A stretch of 64,000 nucleotides of DNA from Eledone cirrhosa (lineage: Eukaryota): assembly GCA_964016885.1 (NCBI GenBank), contig OZ024741.1, positions 326,864,001-326,928,000 of the forward strand, read 5' to 3'. The translations under genes and the position numbers were made by a program. The notes under the pieces are model-generated. The model was not told the origin of the DNA and searched no databases. It saw only the letters and a list, made by a program, of their open reading frames with translations. Positions 1-13,815 of the stretch are shown piece by piece. The stretch's first letter is position 1. The number at the start of each line of letters is the position of its first letter.

Positions 1-379
1 AAAAACTATCGTTTTGTTATTTTTAAATATGACTTAGGTTCCATCTAATGCGTTTTATGGATTTATATGGAGATATATATTGCGATACTGACTAATATTT
101 CGATTGTCAATGACTGAAGGTTAATGAAATATGAGCTTATTGCGAAAGATGGAGTCACCGTCGGTTTCAACGCTGAGCATTCAGTTCTAGGATTAACTAA
201 ACATTCGACTCTAGAATTAACGTGTACATGGTTGCTACACACGTTTTATCAGAGAAATTTCTAAGGTAAATCAAGGTATATCTTATGAGTAAGGTAGCTC
301 TTTGAATTACATGTACAGTTTATCCGATGTACTTCCACATATTTCCTGTCGTCACAATACATATCACATGACTTGGGTC

Positions 380-490
380 ACCTTGAGCCTACAGTAGAAC
401 TCCTTGGTCAAGAGGTCATACCGTGATATCGAATATGGGTCTTCGTGATTGCAACGCGGTCTTCTTAACTACTCAACGGTGCTTGAGTTC
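380..490 (-). mobile_element. Degenerate tRNA-derived SINE head fragment
   Basis: ccttggtcaagaggtcata...atcgaa...tcgtgattgcaa...cttaactact resembles the SINE segments at 45030-45100 and 59430-59515. Confidence 0.4.
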
Positions 491-779
491 ACATATTGTA
501 ACTATGTGACATGTTATATGTTTCTAAAATAACACTACTGCAAAACAACCACGTGCAAAAGTGTCGACAGTCAGTGAAACTGTGTTTTATGCAGTAGATA
601 AATCTACTAAACAATAGCTGCCAAATATCTATAAAAATATCACTTCATACCGACTTAAGTAAAGAATGGTGCATTTGATAATGTCGTCCCTGATGTACCA
701 AAAAGATGAAAGAGGATTTGATAATAGATCCGCTCGAGCAGGGTTGCGCTATATAACAGCAGTAGCAGCAACAATAGCT

Positions 780-1135
780 ACAGGCGAGGCTGAGGTGCTG
801 GAACAACCAAGTGCCCTCACGAGCATCACTAGTTACATCTGTTTGGCTAGTCGCCAGTAAAGATAAAAATATCGCTGTCAGTAGCGCGACTCCTCCAAAC
901 GTCTCGAATGCCACAGGCTGGATAATATAGTTAGCTGACAGAACACGGTATTTTAGGATTTTGTTCCGTTCAGCTGCAGATGCTGTAGCTCTCGCCCTTA
1001 CCGCTGCATACAGAATGTGGGAAGAAGCAAAAGAGTCACTAAATGTGACGTCCCAGTTAAGGCACCTGCCTTGATCAGGAGCACAGAGTAAGACCGTCAA
1101 ATCTTTTCCCATCAATTCAGGACAACCCAGGCGGT
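780..1135 (-). pseudogene. CRE-clade non-LTR retrotransposon fragment (restriction-like endonuclease C-terminal domain)
   Basis: ORF 645-1115(-): GRCLNWDVTFSDSFASSH...AAERNKILKY...PVAFETFG...WLFQHLSLA matches the WDVT/ETLG/FQRLS pattern of CRE RLE domains; DGKRFDGLT appears in a neighbouring frame. Confidence 0.7.
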
Positions 1136-1369
1136 TCCAATAATCAGGGGATGTTTGCCCGGGCCAAAGCCCTTGAGTGGTAATAGGACAGTGTGTGTAT
1201 GTGCGCGTGAGTTTGTCGGCGTTCTTACATTAGAGACACGTGTGGTGTGTGTGTGTCACTGTTTTTAAGTTACATATATATGTGTGTATCCCTTTCCTTC
1301 CTTTTACACACACATACATTCACACAAACACATACACATTGCGTGATGGACGGGTGGACAGAAGTTCCC

Positions 1370-1795
1370 CATTTATATACATGTGAATGGAGTTCTACTG
1401 AAGCAGTTAGAGAAGTTAAAGTAACTTGGACCCGTGTTCATGAGTGATGGAATGCAGGAGGCTGAATTAAGTGCAAGAATTGCAAAAGCTGATGCAGTAA
1501 TGCGCCAGCTTCAGCAATCAGATGAAGGGAGGGAGGGGGGTAAGTGTAAAAGCCAATCTCGCTGTCTTCCTGGTATTCCTGCCAACTCTTACCGAGGATC
1601 ATGAATCTTGAGTAATGACCAAAAGAATGCAATTGCAAATAAAAGCGGGAGAAATGGGATTCCTCCGAAGGGTCTTTGGAGTAACGTTACTCGATAAAGC
1701 GCATAACTCAGAGACCAGAGAGTCGCTCCTAGTAGAGCCGCTACTCCGATATTATGAACATGTGATTAGAATGTCTCAGTAAAGAATCGCTGGAA
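1370..1795 (+). pseudogene. Degenerate RTE-clade LINE 3' fragment
   Basis: Translates to VMTKRMQLQIKAGEMGFLRRVFGVTLLDKAHNSETRESLLVEPLL, a typical RTE post-RT region, with stops and frameshifts. Confidence 0.65.
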
Positions 1796-1799
1796 ACAT

Positions 1800-2505
1800 T
1801 AAATAATTATTGTGGGTAATGGTGGGTAAAAAGATTGTTGTGGGTAACGTTGTAGGTAAAATAATTATTGTTGGTAAAATGGTGGGTAAAATGATTATTG
1901 TGGGTAGTGGTAGGTAAAATAATTATTGTGTGTAAAGTGGCGGGTAAAATGATTATTGTGGGTAAAGTGGTGGATAAAATGATTATTGTGGGTAGTGGTA
2001 GGTAACATGATTATTGTGGGTAAAATGGTTAGTAAAATAATTAGTGTGGGTAAAAGGTGGGTAAAATAATTATTGTGAGTAAGTTGGTAGGTAAAATAAT
2101 TATTGTGGGTAAAACTTTAGGTAAAATGATTATTGTGGGTAAAATGGTGGGTAAAATAATTATTGTGGGGCCTCCCAAATAAAAACGGATGCTCCCAAAT
2201 AAAACACGCATTCCCCCCCCCCCCCTATAAAAATGAAAAACGGATCCCTCCAAATAAAAAACGGATGCCCCCAAATAAAAAACGGATCCCCCAAATAAAA
2301 AAACGGATCCCCCCCCTCCGCCAAATAAAAAAATTGATCCTCCCGAAATAGAAAACGCCCCCCCCCCACAAAAAAAAAAAAGGATTATTGTGGGTAAACT
2401 GTGGGTAAAATAATTATTGTGTGTACTGGTAGGTAAAATAATTAGAGTGGGTAAAATGGTGGGTAAAATAATTATGTGGGTAAAATGGTTGGTAAAGTGG
2501 TTGGT
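1800..2505. repeat. ~30-bp minisatellite (GTGGGTAAAATGGTGGGTAAAATAATTATT) interrupted by a ~20-bp minisatellite (AAATAAAAAACGGATCCCCC, 2172-2370)
   Basis: Tandem periodicity is visible directly. Confidence 0.9.
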
Positions 2506-2929
2506 GAAATCAAGAAAGGAAGAAAGAGTGTAGGAAGAGGAGTAAAGAGGGGGGTAGAGACAGAATGGTTTGGAAGAGGCAGAAGTGGAAGTAGGGGAAG
2601 GAAAACATCAAGGGAAGGAAGGAGGAAAAAGAGGAGGTTAAAGAAATGGGGAAAGAGAGGTTAAAAAATGGGGAAAAGTAGGGGTAAAAAGGGATACGTA
2701 GTGTGAAAGTGTGGGAAAGAGGCGGAAAAGGGTGTAATGAGGGAGAACCATCACAACGAGGTCAACCACAAGACAATGAGGTCACGTAAAGTGATATGTG
2801 TTTCTTTCATAAGAAATGTTAAGCAAAAGATACCAAGTAACCTTGTAACTTCAATAGCTCTTCATCATCGACTCCGGAAGAAACTCTAGGACCAACTACC
2901 AATAAACACCCTGGTGGTCGGCAAACATG

Positions 2930-3735
2930 ATCAACTGTCCTGTATGTCTATGATCAGATCTCCAGTCAGATTCTTAATCGACACAGAAGTAGAAGTCAGT
3001 GTTATCCCGGCATCTGCAAACGACCTCCGTTATAGAGAGGGGAGTTAGTGGCAGCTGCCAATGATTCTACAATCAAAGCTTACAGATACCGTACTCTCTC
3101 CCTCCACAGAGGCTCACAGTAATATACATGGACATTCACCGTCGCTGATGCCCATCAGCCTATCATTGGAGCAGACTTCCTTCGGGCTCACTCACTGCTG
3201 ATCGATAATCAGGGGAGATGACTCGTCAATAGCAGTAAGTATGCCTCTGTTTCTCTGGCAACATCTGTACGTGTGACTTTTCATATATCAAACATCTGTG
3301 AGACCAAGAACGAGTTCTCGGAATTCCTTTTGAATTACCTGAAACTCATTATCATGACATCTCCCACATCCACAACTCACCACAGAGTAAATCATTACAT
3401 TCCAACCACCAGTTCTCCAGCACACAACCGTGTGAGTCGTCTACCACCAGACAAATTTGCTATTGTGAAGGTCAAATTTGACAATATGGAAGCTTTGGGC
3501 ATCGTTGATCGATCAAACCGTCCCTGGTCTTCACCTCTACATGAAGCGCCAAAACCCAATAGAGCTTGGCGACCCAGCAGGGATTATTGCCGTCTTAACA
3601 AAAGTAGCTCACCCTCCTGCTACTCCATTCTGCATATACAAGGCTTCTCGGTTCAGTTAGCAGGGTGCTCGATTTTCTCCAAATTCTACATCAACCGAGG
3701 TTACCATCAATTACCTGTACTAGATGATAACATGT
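2930..3735 (+). pseudogene. Gypsy/Ty3 LTR retrotransposon pol remnant (protease + RT N-terminus)
   Basis: FLIDTEVEVSVIP (aspartic protease-like) near 2970; ORF 3273-3737 has SNRPWSSPLH...WRPSRDYCRLNK...LAGCSIFSK...GYHQLPV. Confidence 0.85.
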
Positions 3736-5403
3736 AAATACAATTTAATACAAAAAGAAAATTTAGATTGAGAAGAAAGAATGGAATGTAAAGTAAGAAA
3801 ATATTTAGAAAAAACGGAAAAAGAAAGATATGGCAAGGGCTCTAGTAAACGTAATGAGACAAGGAGAGTTGAGTGAGGCGGAACGTGTGAATTGATGTGG
3901 CACGGGTCCTGTAATGGTAGAAAGGGCACAGGCAGGTGACGTCTGTTGAATTAGAAGCCTGTGTGTCTGAAATGGATATCAAATGATTAGCTGATTAAAT
4001 GTTTCCTAGATACCAGTTTGAGTAATATCAGCACTTAAGTATGACTCATTTATATTATGGGAATTATTGGAGATATATTTTTAAATGTTTCACTCTCAGA
4101 GTTACGTATGTGCCGTCCACTGATCGTGTTAATATATGAATCATCACCATTTAAAGAATTAAAGTGATATGACCGGTGTAATTTTACCAGAGTAATTTTA
4201 CTGGAGCCCAAAATGCGTGCATAGACGGCAAACTAGCGGTGTCTTTAGAATGTCAGTTACAATGTGTTGCGGTATTTGTTCCACGCTTTTGCGAGCCAAT
4301 TTCAAAACACGCTTAAGATAGCATAGTCTATGATCCGTTCAAGATCGATAAAGATGTACCAGGTCAATACTAAGGTACATCCGCCCTGTATATTTCTTTC
4401 TCACTTTCTCTCTAATACAATCTTTCCGCGTCTCTTGAAGAATTTGGCTGTATTTAGACATGGAGCGTTTGGGGTCCGCCAGGCTTAAAATGTCCAACAC
4501 ATGATGTATGTCACTAAGGCGCTTCTACGATACCATCAGGAGTTATAAGTCCGTAGCGAATACTTTATATTATGTATTCATAATATAATAATGTTTTGCT
4601 GTTCATGCCTAATCTGACATAGATTGACCACAAAAAATGATGACAAGCATTCCAGGCATCCAGTCAATCGGAGACATTTTGCAATATACCTTTCTTATTT
4701 TAAAAAAAGATAGGATTAAATGTAAATACAATTTGGCTACTATTTCCTGCTGGTTGAACAAACGTTTAGATATTTATTTACTGGCTTGAAGAGAATTAAT
4801 CATAGAAAAGTGGTTTTATACTATTATTACATAAACTCAGATAGATCTCTTTTTATAAATTAGATAGAAATAAACTTTGAAATCAAAAATATATTAGATA
4901 CCATCATTATTTTCTTATAACCTCATATATAAAAAGATACGTACAATGAAATTTAAAAAAGGATAATAAATAAACGATAATAAATAAATGATAATAAATA
5001 AATAAAACAATAAACAAATAAATAAATAAATAAAAGCACCATTATTGTTGAATTTATGAATGTTTCTTTAAAACTATTAATGAAATCTGATGACAGTGAT
5101 TTTAATGGTTTGCGGCATTAGAATCTGAAATATGTCAGATTAAAAATCTGCAATTACGTAAAATATTTTGACAGTTTGAAAAGTATCGACAACTCATTCA
5201 ATGCCCAAAGTAAGAAAATCTGAAGAAAAATTTAAAGGAAAAATTTAAATAATATAATATAAAATTTCTCTTCACTATTAATACACATGGCACGAATACC
5301 AATACAGACATAATTAATATCAGATACTACACAGATAAGGTGAGTACACAATGTGTGTTTGGGTACAGAATTGGTTCGTGTGTATGTATGCGTGTGTGCA
5401 TGT

Positions 5404-5447
<44 letters not shown>

Positions 5448-5627
5448 TTATATATGTATTTATACATATATATAATTTTCACTTCTGGTATTCGTGTAAC
5501 GTAATGTGATCACTGATGGAGGATTAATTAATTTGTCACGTCATTGAATGTTTCGAGACTCAAATCATTCTCGTGGTGTTGCCCCATTGCAGCTTCAGCT
5601 TCGATATGATACAGGAAACAATATCTA

Positions 5628-5662
<35 letters not shown>

Positions 5663-5840
5663 ATAATAATATTATTTATAGTTATATATACATTATATAC
5701 GCTTATAAACAGGAAAAGTCAGTAACTCATTACTACCTTATTACCAGTAAGAAAAATATCTCAATGTAAATACATCAGATGTTTTACAGAGCAGCAATAT
5801 AAATTACACAATAATCAAAAGTAGGTTCAAATCCTTTTAT

Positions 5841-5887
5841 TGCTGACAATCGTTTCTTCCAAACTTTCGTTTGTATTCATCGGAGCA
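5841..5887 (-). ncRNA. Hammerhead ribozyme type I, CCGAUGA core variant
   Basis: TGCT CCGATGA atacaaac-gaaa-gtttggaa GAAAC gatt GTC AGCA, then ATAAA. Confidence 0.65.
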
Positions 5888-6207
5888 CTAGCAAAGTTTA
5901 GACGAATAATTAACTTCCTATTCAACTGAACAATCATGGATATTAATGCTGTCATCAACAGGTTCGTATTTACAGAGTGGAATGGATGTGACAGAGATTA
6001 CAAGAGAATTGTATAATAATTAAAGAGGCACAGAGTGGAATGCATGCGACAGAGATTACAGAGGAATAGTATAATAATGAAAGATGCATTAAGGTAGAAG
6101 GTTACTCGTAAAACGAGGACACTAGCAGTACATATGCAAGCGTATAGAGAGTAGTGTAAATGCATTAGACATATACAGGACAGGCGCATCACCCCCCCCC
6201 CCCCACC

Positions 6208-6249
<42 letters not shown>

Positions 6250-6626
6250 CTTATTTATACATATATATAATTTTCACTTCTGGTATTCGTGTAACGTAAT
6301 GTGTTCACTCTGATGGAGGATTAATTCATTTGTCACGTCATTGAAAACGCATTTGCACTCTCTATGCCCATGCATATGTACTGCTAATGTCCTCGTTTGA
6401 CGAGTAATTTTCTACATTAATGCCTCTTTAATTATTATACTATTCCCTTGTAATCTCTCTCGCATGCATTCCACTCTTTAATTATTATACAATTCTCTCG
6501 TAATCTCTGTCACATCCATTCCACTCTGTAAATACGAAACTATTGATGACAACATTACTATTCATGTATCGTTATGATTGTTCAGTTGAATAGGAAGTTA
6601 ATTATATGTCCAAACCAATTTGCTAA

Positions 6627-6673
6627 TGTTCCGATGATTCCAAACGAAAGTTTGGAAGGAACCATTGTCAGCA
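6627..6673 (+). ncRNA. Hammerhead ribozyme type I, second arm copy (CCGAUGA core, GGAAC mutation)
   Basis: tgtt CCGATGA ttccaaac-gaaa-gtttggaa GGAAC catt GTC agca ATAAA. Confidence 0.55.
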
Positions 6674-6709
6674 ATAAAATGATTTGAACAAAGTTTTGAT
6701 TATCGTGTA

Positions 6710-6791
<82 letters not shown>

Positions 6792-7439
6792 AGTTATGTC
6801 AGGTCACCAGTTGGTGCTACTGGTAACATGTATCCCAGTACAACCTGTCTCATGGTCGGGTCGTTGGCGACTAAACTGGCAACCCCACCAAGGTTTCTTG
6901 GTGAGGAGGGTGACTTTGGACATCCTGCAGGACTAAAAACAAAACCTGTCAAAGGGCAAAGGAGCTCTTAAGAGTCAATGGCCATCCAAAATCACCGGGA
7001 GAGATGACCCCTTAGCCTTTGTCAAGGCAGAATTCTAGGAGAAGGAAAACTCTGATATAACACCTGCAACCCTGATGGTATCCAATGATGTTGACTTGTT
7101 CTTCTTTTTGGTAAATATCATCTTGGTTAAGAGAGTGGGACTGGCTTTGTGCAGTGCCTTTGCTCACTATAAAAGCTTCACGGCACAGGCATTGCTTTAT
7201 ATCTGGAGATCTCTCTGCACTTGTCGTCACATGGTACCATGGGCCCAGCACTATGTGTCAATAATTGTCACAAGTGTAGTGTTTGTACCAGAGTTTTCAA
7301 GTCGCTGGCTGGACTAAAAAGTCACAGTCGTTCAGCGCATCGGTAGGGGTTCTCCTACATGGATATAAAGTAGTCGCCGTACTCGAAAACGAGTTGGCAG
7401 CCACCATATGTATAGTAACTAGAAATTGATTAACATATA

Positions 7440-8110
7440 AACATGAATAATCACAGGAGAAAATGTTTACAAGTGAGTAACCACACATAGCTAGGTTGGT
7501 AACTAAATAAAGTTGACCAGAACTTCAAAAATAGATACCTTATAATATGATTAATCTTCCCTGTATATATTCCATTAAAGAAATATATTTCACCAATTAA
7601 TCGAATGGTAAACCACGGAAGCGCATACTTGGATTTTCAACAAGGAAGAAGTCCCAGCGATCAGTATTTACACTTCAAGTTCAAATCAGCGACTGGCCAG
7701 CAACACGTGCTATATCTACTAGAAATACACACATCATACTAGCTTCGCCCCAGTGGTGTGAATAGGGTTATCGACAACTAGAAACAGCAGTCGAGTCCTT
7801 TCAACAGAGTTAGCTCTACAATTAAGGAGCCGTATTTATATATCTATATCCAAAATTAAGATAAATCAAATGAATTTAATCTAAATCAAAATTATGGGTG
7901 TCATGCCAGAAAGACATGCGCCATATCACCCGCAAAATAAGCTCTAAGATTCTAACGAGTAGGTCCGAGCATTTTATAATAACTTGAAAAAGATTAAAAT
8001 ATAAATAAACATGAATAATCACAGGAGATAATTTTTACAAGTGTGTAACCACACATAGCTAGGTAGGTAACTAAATAAAGTTGACCAGAACATCATAAAT
8101 AGATACCTGA
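7440..8110. repeat. ~100-bp direct repeat pair (7440-7545 / 8008-8110)
   Basis: aacatgaataatcacaggaga...gtaactaaataaagttgaccagaac occurs twice, about 570 bp apart. Confidence 0.7.
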
Positions 8111-8124
8111 TAAAATACTACCTA

Positions 8125-10645
8125 GCTATAAAGGCAGAGCAGACACACGATAATTAAAAGTATAAATAAATTAAAGTGTAAATACATACCTCGATAACTA
8201 TCTAACACACACGCACAAATCCAAAAAGATCTGTTTCGCCAAATAAGTTGTTGACAGAAATGATTAGCCCATGGTTCATCAGCGTGTGTAAGGCTATACA
8301 TTTCAGACAAATCTAAGAAAATCCAAATCGACCGTCCAGCCACACGTGGTAGAGAGAATTCACAGCGTGCCTAGGGCAGTAACCAGTGGCCTCTGAGGGA
8401 CGAGCAGCCCAAAATAACATCAATAACATCAATAATAAAAGAGGTGAAATGATGTATAGTATTGTCATAACACCAAGGTGTGTATGAGTGTCCAGATTGT
8501 ATGTACTGCAAGGGCAATCCCCTAGGCCCTGCCGTATGGGATACTTGTGTACAAATATGTATGTGCCCATCAATGTGCAATACATGTGTGCGTATGTGTA
8601 TGTGTGCGTGTCGGCACGTGTATATCTATAAACATCAAAAGGTATGCAAATTTGTGTATATTTTTGCTGCACCATAGGGCATGTGTGTTTACGTATGCCA
8701 TTGTGCTTATATGTGGATATAAATGTATGTAGGATTATATGCTGATGTAGGTATGTATGTTGACGTATGTATGTTGTGGGTTCGTCTTAGGGAGAATTGT
8801 TTAGACGGTGTCCGTATTGTCAATAAAATGAGATTCCTTGACGATGCGTTGGCTGTGGGTGGCATTATCTTTAAATTTATAGAGGGGAAAGATTCTAAAG
8901 TTGGGATGATTTTGGGCGGCACAGGTATCAATGTGTTCACTCAGTGGTATTTTTCTGTATTCCCGTATTTTGATTTGGGATCTATGGACAGTCATGCGTT
9001 GGCGGAGGCTGTCTTTAGTCTGGCCTATGTATTGTTCTCGACAACCTGAGCAAGTTAATACATATATTAGATTTTCTGATGCGCATGTGAAATTGTGTTT
9101 TACTATAAAAAGTTGTCCTGGTTTGAAATAGGATTCCGAACCCTCTATTAGGTTGATCCATATGCAACAGTTGGGTCTATCGCATTTTTTATGTGGGTTT
9201 CGTTGTTGTGGTTGGCAGTACTTTGGCATGTGTTAGGATGTTTTTCATTGACTTAGATTGTCTAATGCTCTTTATGATATCGCGTGTTCGAAGGATTTGG
9301 TTCATTCTATGTCCTTTTTTAACACAGGGGTGTTCTGGAGGATGGTGTCAAAGGCCTCATTGTTGAGGGGTTGTGTGTGGAGATGTATGAAAGAATTTTT
9401 AGTTTCGCTTGATTTACTTTAGGGTGTCTAAGGTCCTGTGTACTGAGTTTTAGGGTACGTTGGATTCCATTGTCAATTAGTGATGCAGGGTAGTCCCTGC
9501 TTATGAGTGTATCCTTTAGTTCTTTTAGCTGTAAGTAACAGGTGTTTTTATTGGAGACTATAGTACAGATTCTCTTGCCTAAGTTGTAGAGAATATTAAT
9601 TTTAACGTGTCTAGGGTTGCAAGAATTGAAAGGAAGATATTTCTTGGAGTCTGTGGGCTTGTAGTATATGTCTGTTTCTATTTTTTTTGTTATGAATCTT
9701 AATGAGGATGTCGAGGAAGGGGAGTTGTTGATGGCTGTTTTCCATCGTAAAGTTAATATTCGTGTTGAGCCCATTTATAAGGGTGTGAAATTATTTAAGT
9801 GTCTTGATGTTTTCGTGCCAAAGGATGAAGCAGTCATCTAGATATCGCATCAGTTCTTTTCTATGTGTAAGTGGAGAGTGTTTTCAAATTTGTTTCGTAC
9901 TTTAGTGTAGATGGTGATTTCCAGGTATCCCATGACTAGGTCCCAGATTTCCGCCTCTAGGATTTGTTATTGAAAACGAAGTAATTGTTCTCCAAGATAA
10001 ATTTGAGTCCTTCTATCACGAATTCTTTTTTGATGCGTTGTGGGAGTTCTTTGGGGTAATTATCCAGCCAGAAATGGATAGCTTCTATTCCTAGGTTGTG
10101 GGGGATGTTGGAGTATAGGTTGACTACAACGAACGTCACTAGTAGTCTTTGTTCAGTAAGGGGCATATTAGGGAGGTGATTGAGCATATCTAGGTCGTCC
10201 CTTATATAGCTCTTGATGTGTTTGAGAAGGCTTGAGCGGGGCCTGCTATTATAGGTCTTAATTTGAGATCATTGGGTTAGGGGACATTGATGACTATGTC
10301 TGTGGCTTCCTTTCATGTCTTACTTATTAATTCGCTTTTATGTACTTTAGGGATACCGTAGAAAAGGGTGGATTTACTTGTGAAGTCAACATACATACAT
10401 ACCTATATCAGCATACATCCAACATGCATTTATATCCACATATAAACACAATGACATACGTAAACACACATGTCCTATGGTGCAACACAAATATACACAA
10501 ATGTTCATACCTTTTGATGTTTATAGATATACACGTGCCCACACGCACACATACGCTCACATGTATTGCACATTGATGGGCACATACATATTGGACACTC
10601 ACACACACCTTGGTGTTATGACAATACTATACATCATTTTACCTC
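8125..10645 (-). mobile_element. Degenerate, 5'-truncated Neptune-type Penelope-like element with inverted pLTR fragment (10385-10645 vs 8440-8770)
   Basis: RT remnants (LVTFVVVNLYSNIPH, RYLDDCFILW, PFLDIL, TDIYYKPTDSKKYL); GIY-YIG FTCASENLIYVLTCSGCREQYIGQT...RMTVHRS; HHR in the 3' region. Confidence 0.85.
8205..8288 (-). ncRNA. Hammerhead ribozyme in PLE 3' region (extended stem III, triplet mutated to GUG)
   Basis: cacacg CTGATGA acca...tggc GAAAC agatc-ttttt-ggattt GTG cgtgtg. Confidence 0.6.
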
Positions 10646-10731
10646 TTGTTGAGAGAATCGTTTTTGCAAATGACTGAAATATCGAATAATGTACACTATT
10701 TTTACCAGTATCACAAAAATACTGGTCCATC

Positions 10732-10763
<32 letters not shown>

Positions 10764-11692
10764 CACACACACATACACACGCGTACACTAACATACAAAC
10801 AGACATACACACACACACACACACACTTCTTCGTATAAGACAAGAGCTGAAAAATGTTTCAACATGTTAAAATCCCCCCCCACACACACACACACATACA
10901 CACACATTCCTACTGACCGATTCAACCCTCTACCACGAACCACTCTGCTACACACACACACACACACATATTTGTCTTAATAGACACCTGAACTGTTGAC
11001 CTTTCAACATGACTGAAACTCACACACACATACCTACTGACCATTATCACAAAATGAACCTCTTTACTACACAAACACACACACACACACATACACACAT
11101 ATTTGTCTTAATAGACATGTTTTTCAGTGACTTCTCAACATGACTGCAACTCAATCAAGCGAAAAAGGACACTCCTCGACAAACCTACATTTGGCGCCAA
11201 ACCAGTTCGCGCTAAAATCAATTTTAACATTCACGTGACTTCTACCGACCAAGCAAAATTGTTTTGACTACAAGAATTTTTGCAACACGAATTGGCGCGA
11301 AATTTATAGTACTTATTCACGTGACATTGAACAATCAACCCAATCTTAATACCTCTGGAGCCACTTTTTTCATATAAAACAGGAAGAATTTCCCAAACTG
11401 AACAGATTAGAGCAAACATCACGTGCGCTCTATCTCTAAATTATTTTTGAAAAGCATTAGAAATGCGCAACCGGTAAAAACTTAAAACTAAAACTGAATA
11501 CTAACCAATACGTATTACTAATTTATACTTATTCCTAATTAAACTATTTTTCACTGGGAAAAATGTGTCAGCATTGTCTTTTCCTTTTTACTTGTATATA
11601 TATATATACAAGGATCGGAATTAGAGTATTCCGCAGTTCACAGTAATAATAATATTAGCTCAAAGAAGAGCAGAGAATTTTCATCTGAGCTC

Positions 11693-12082
11693 AAATACAA
11701 ATATATTACACAGAGAGAAGTGTGTTACACAGTGACATGTGTGTAAAGAATTATTACATGTGAGTTTAACCGTTACTCTATAGAGAATAATACCTACAGG
11801 TTAGCAATTAAATAGAAAAAAAGCTACGTCAGAATCAAATCTCTGTTACACCGCACATTTCTGTGGCGAAACGAACTAGATTCGTATCAGCAACCTTATA
11901 GTTATAAGGTTGGTAATTTAAAACTCTACTTCAGAGATTTGATTCTGACGTAGCTTTTTTCTATTTAATTGCTAACCTGTAGGTATTGTTCTCTATACAG
12001 TAACGGTTAAACTCACAGGTAATAATTCTTTACACACATCTCACTGTGTAACACACTTCTCTCTGTGTAATATATTTGTGTA
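11693..12082. mobile_element. Foldback element (arms 11693-11845 / 11932-12082) with the 3' half of an HHR in the spacer
   Basis: ~150-bp inverted arms between TA tracts; spacer contains GAAAC gaactagattc GTA. Confidence 0.7.
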
Positions 12083-12254
12083 TATATACACACACACACA
12101 TATATATATATATAGTTAGAGAAGCAAAAAAGTGCTTATTGTGATCCAGTTTTTGGTTAAGAAAGCTAGTTTCATGGATGGTTTCAACGTACGGTTAGGG
12201 GTAACTCCACAAGTTTGTAAGAATTCCGTTCAATCTTGGAGTATAAAGTATAAA

Positions 12255-13815
12255 AGAGAAAACACAGGTAAGCATTAAGAGAAGGCTTTTATCCAGGTAT
12301 TTACGACCGTTTCATTGGTAAGTGCAACCTTATATTGCTATACTGCAAATAGCAGCCACTCAATTATAATTGTTGTTCACAGTCCAAATTTTCAAAATAG
12401 TAAGTTACTCTTGAAATAATTCTTAATATATAGAGAAAAACATTTATTTGGAATTGTATTTACTAGTATATAGAGAGAGGAATCAGAAGGTGAGGGACAG
12501 ATGGAATAGTATAGAGAAAGAGGAAGGGGGAAGAGGGGGATATATGTATTGGTTTTGTGGGTAATTAAAGGGTTTAGATACAACAAGAGGGTATAGAGTC
12601 TAAGTATATGCAGTTTGTCAGTTGGTAGTAAGAGGTTAATGGTTCGATTTGTAGTGCGAAAACTTCCCTTTGAGTCTATGGTTACAATAAATTGATCTCT
12701 CGATTTTATTGTTGAGTAACCTATTCTTCGAACTTAAGATGTGGAACAGCTCAAGGTCGCATAATCGACAGCTTCTCATACCACTCCGATATGGGGGCGC
12801 GTTCGATAATTTTTTCCACTTCAGGGGGTATTGATGGTTACTTTCCCTCAGTTGACAGGTCTTGTTTGCAAGGGTAGTTACATAACGGTGCTGGGAATGT
12901 TTCATTGCGTAACGGCGTGTATACCAACGGGCTTTAAATGTATTCCCAGTCGCTCCGATGAAATACCATTTCTGGTTGTCTGATTCGACTGTGCATTGGT
13001 AAACCAGGTTAGACTGCATACATTCATTATGTAATGGACAGGTTTCAGGTAGGTGGCAGTTACAGTTCTTGTCATAAAATCGAGAGATCAATTTATTGTA
13101 ACCATAGACTCAAAGAGAAGATTTCGCACTACAAATCGAACCCTTAACCTCTTACTACCAACTGACAAACTGCATATACTTAGACTTTATACCCTTTTGT
13201 TGTATCTAAACCCTTTAATTACCCACAAAACCAATACATATATCCCCCTCCTCTCCCTCATGCCTCTTCTATTTCTTCGTTTTCTCCCCTTCTTCCCTCC
13301 CCTTCTTGGCTATCTTTTCTTTTCTCTTTCTCGCCCCCTTCTTTGCTTTTATTTTTGTCATTATTATCTTTATTTTTATTTTTTTATATATATATATATT
13401 TATCTCTTTATACCTCCCCTCTCTCTCCCTCTCTCTCCATCCCTCCCACTATGATCAATCTAATTCTCTTTAACTCAATACATTCCATGACATGAAGTCG
13501 TGCTACCAAAACTGACCAAGGAATCCTTCCACCTCTACCCCTCCCTCCATCTCAGTTTGTCACTCTACTTCCTACATCTTTCCCCTTCCTCTCTCTCTAT
13601 ACTATTCCATCTGTCCCCTCATCTTCTGATTCCTCTCTCTCTATACTAGTAAATGCAATTCCAAATAAATGTTTTTCTCTATATATTAAGAATTATTTCA
13701 AGAGTAAGTTACTATTTTGAAAATGTGGACTATGAACAACAATTATAATGAAACGGTTGTAAATACCTGGATAAAATCCTTCTCTTAATGCTTACCTGTG
13801 TTTTCTCTTTTATAC
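12255..13815 (-). mobile_element. Naiad-type PLE 3' fragment (GIY-YIG) with inverted 3' arm
   Basis: ORF 12636-13091(-): CNCHLPETCPLHNECMQSNLVYQCTV...YFIGATGNTFKARW...KWKKL...SCRLCDLE; 12255-12690 recurs inverted at 13090-13815. Confidence 0.8.

Larger units (their letters stand above)
5447..6715. mobile_element. Non-coding PLE-derived foldback element (arms 5797-6170 and 6350-6715; direct repeat 5447-5546 / 6240-6345)
   Basis: Arms are reverse complements of each other; each has an HHR followed by AATAAA; flanked by (TA)n. Confidence 0.75.

Noticed and set aside
1800-2505. Regular repeats as a CRISPR array
   Set aside because: No unique spacers, no cas genes, and a eukaryotic context
5085-5142. 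CTGATGA...GAAATATGTC as an HHR
   Set aside because: Stems I and II do not pair
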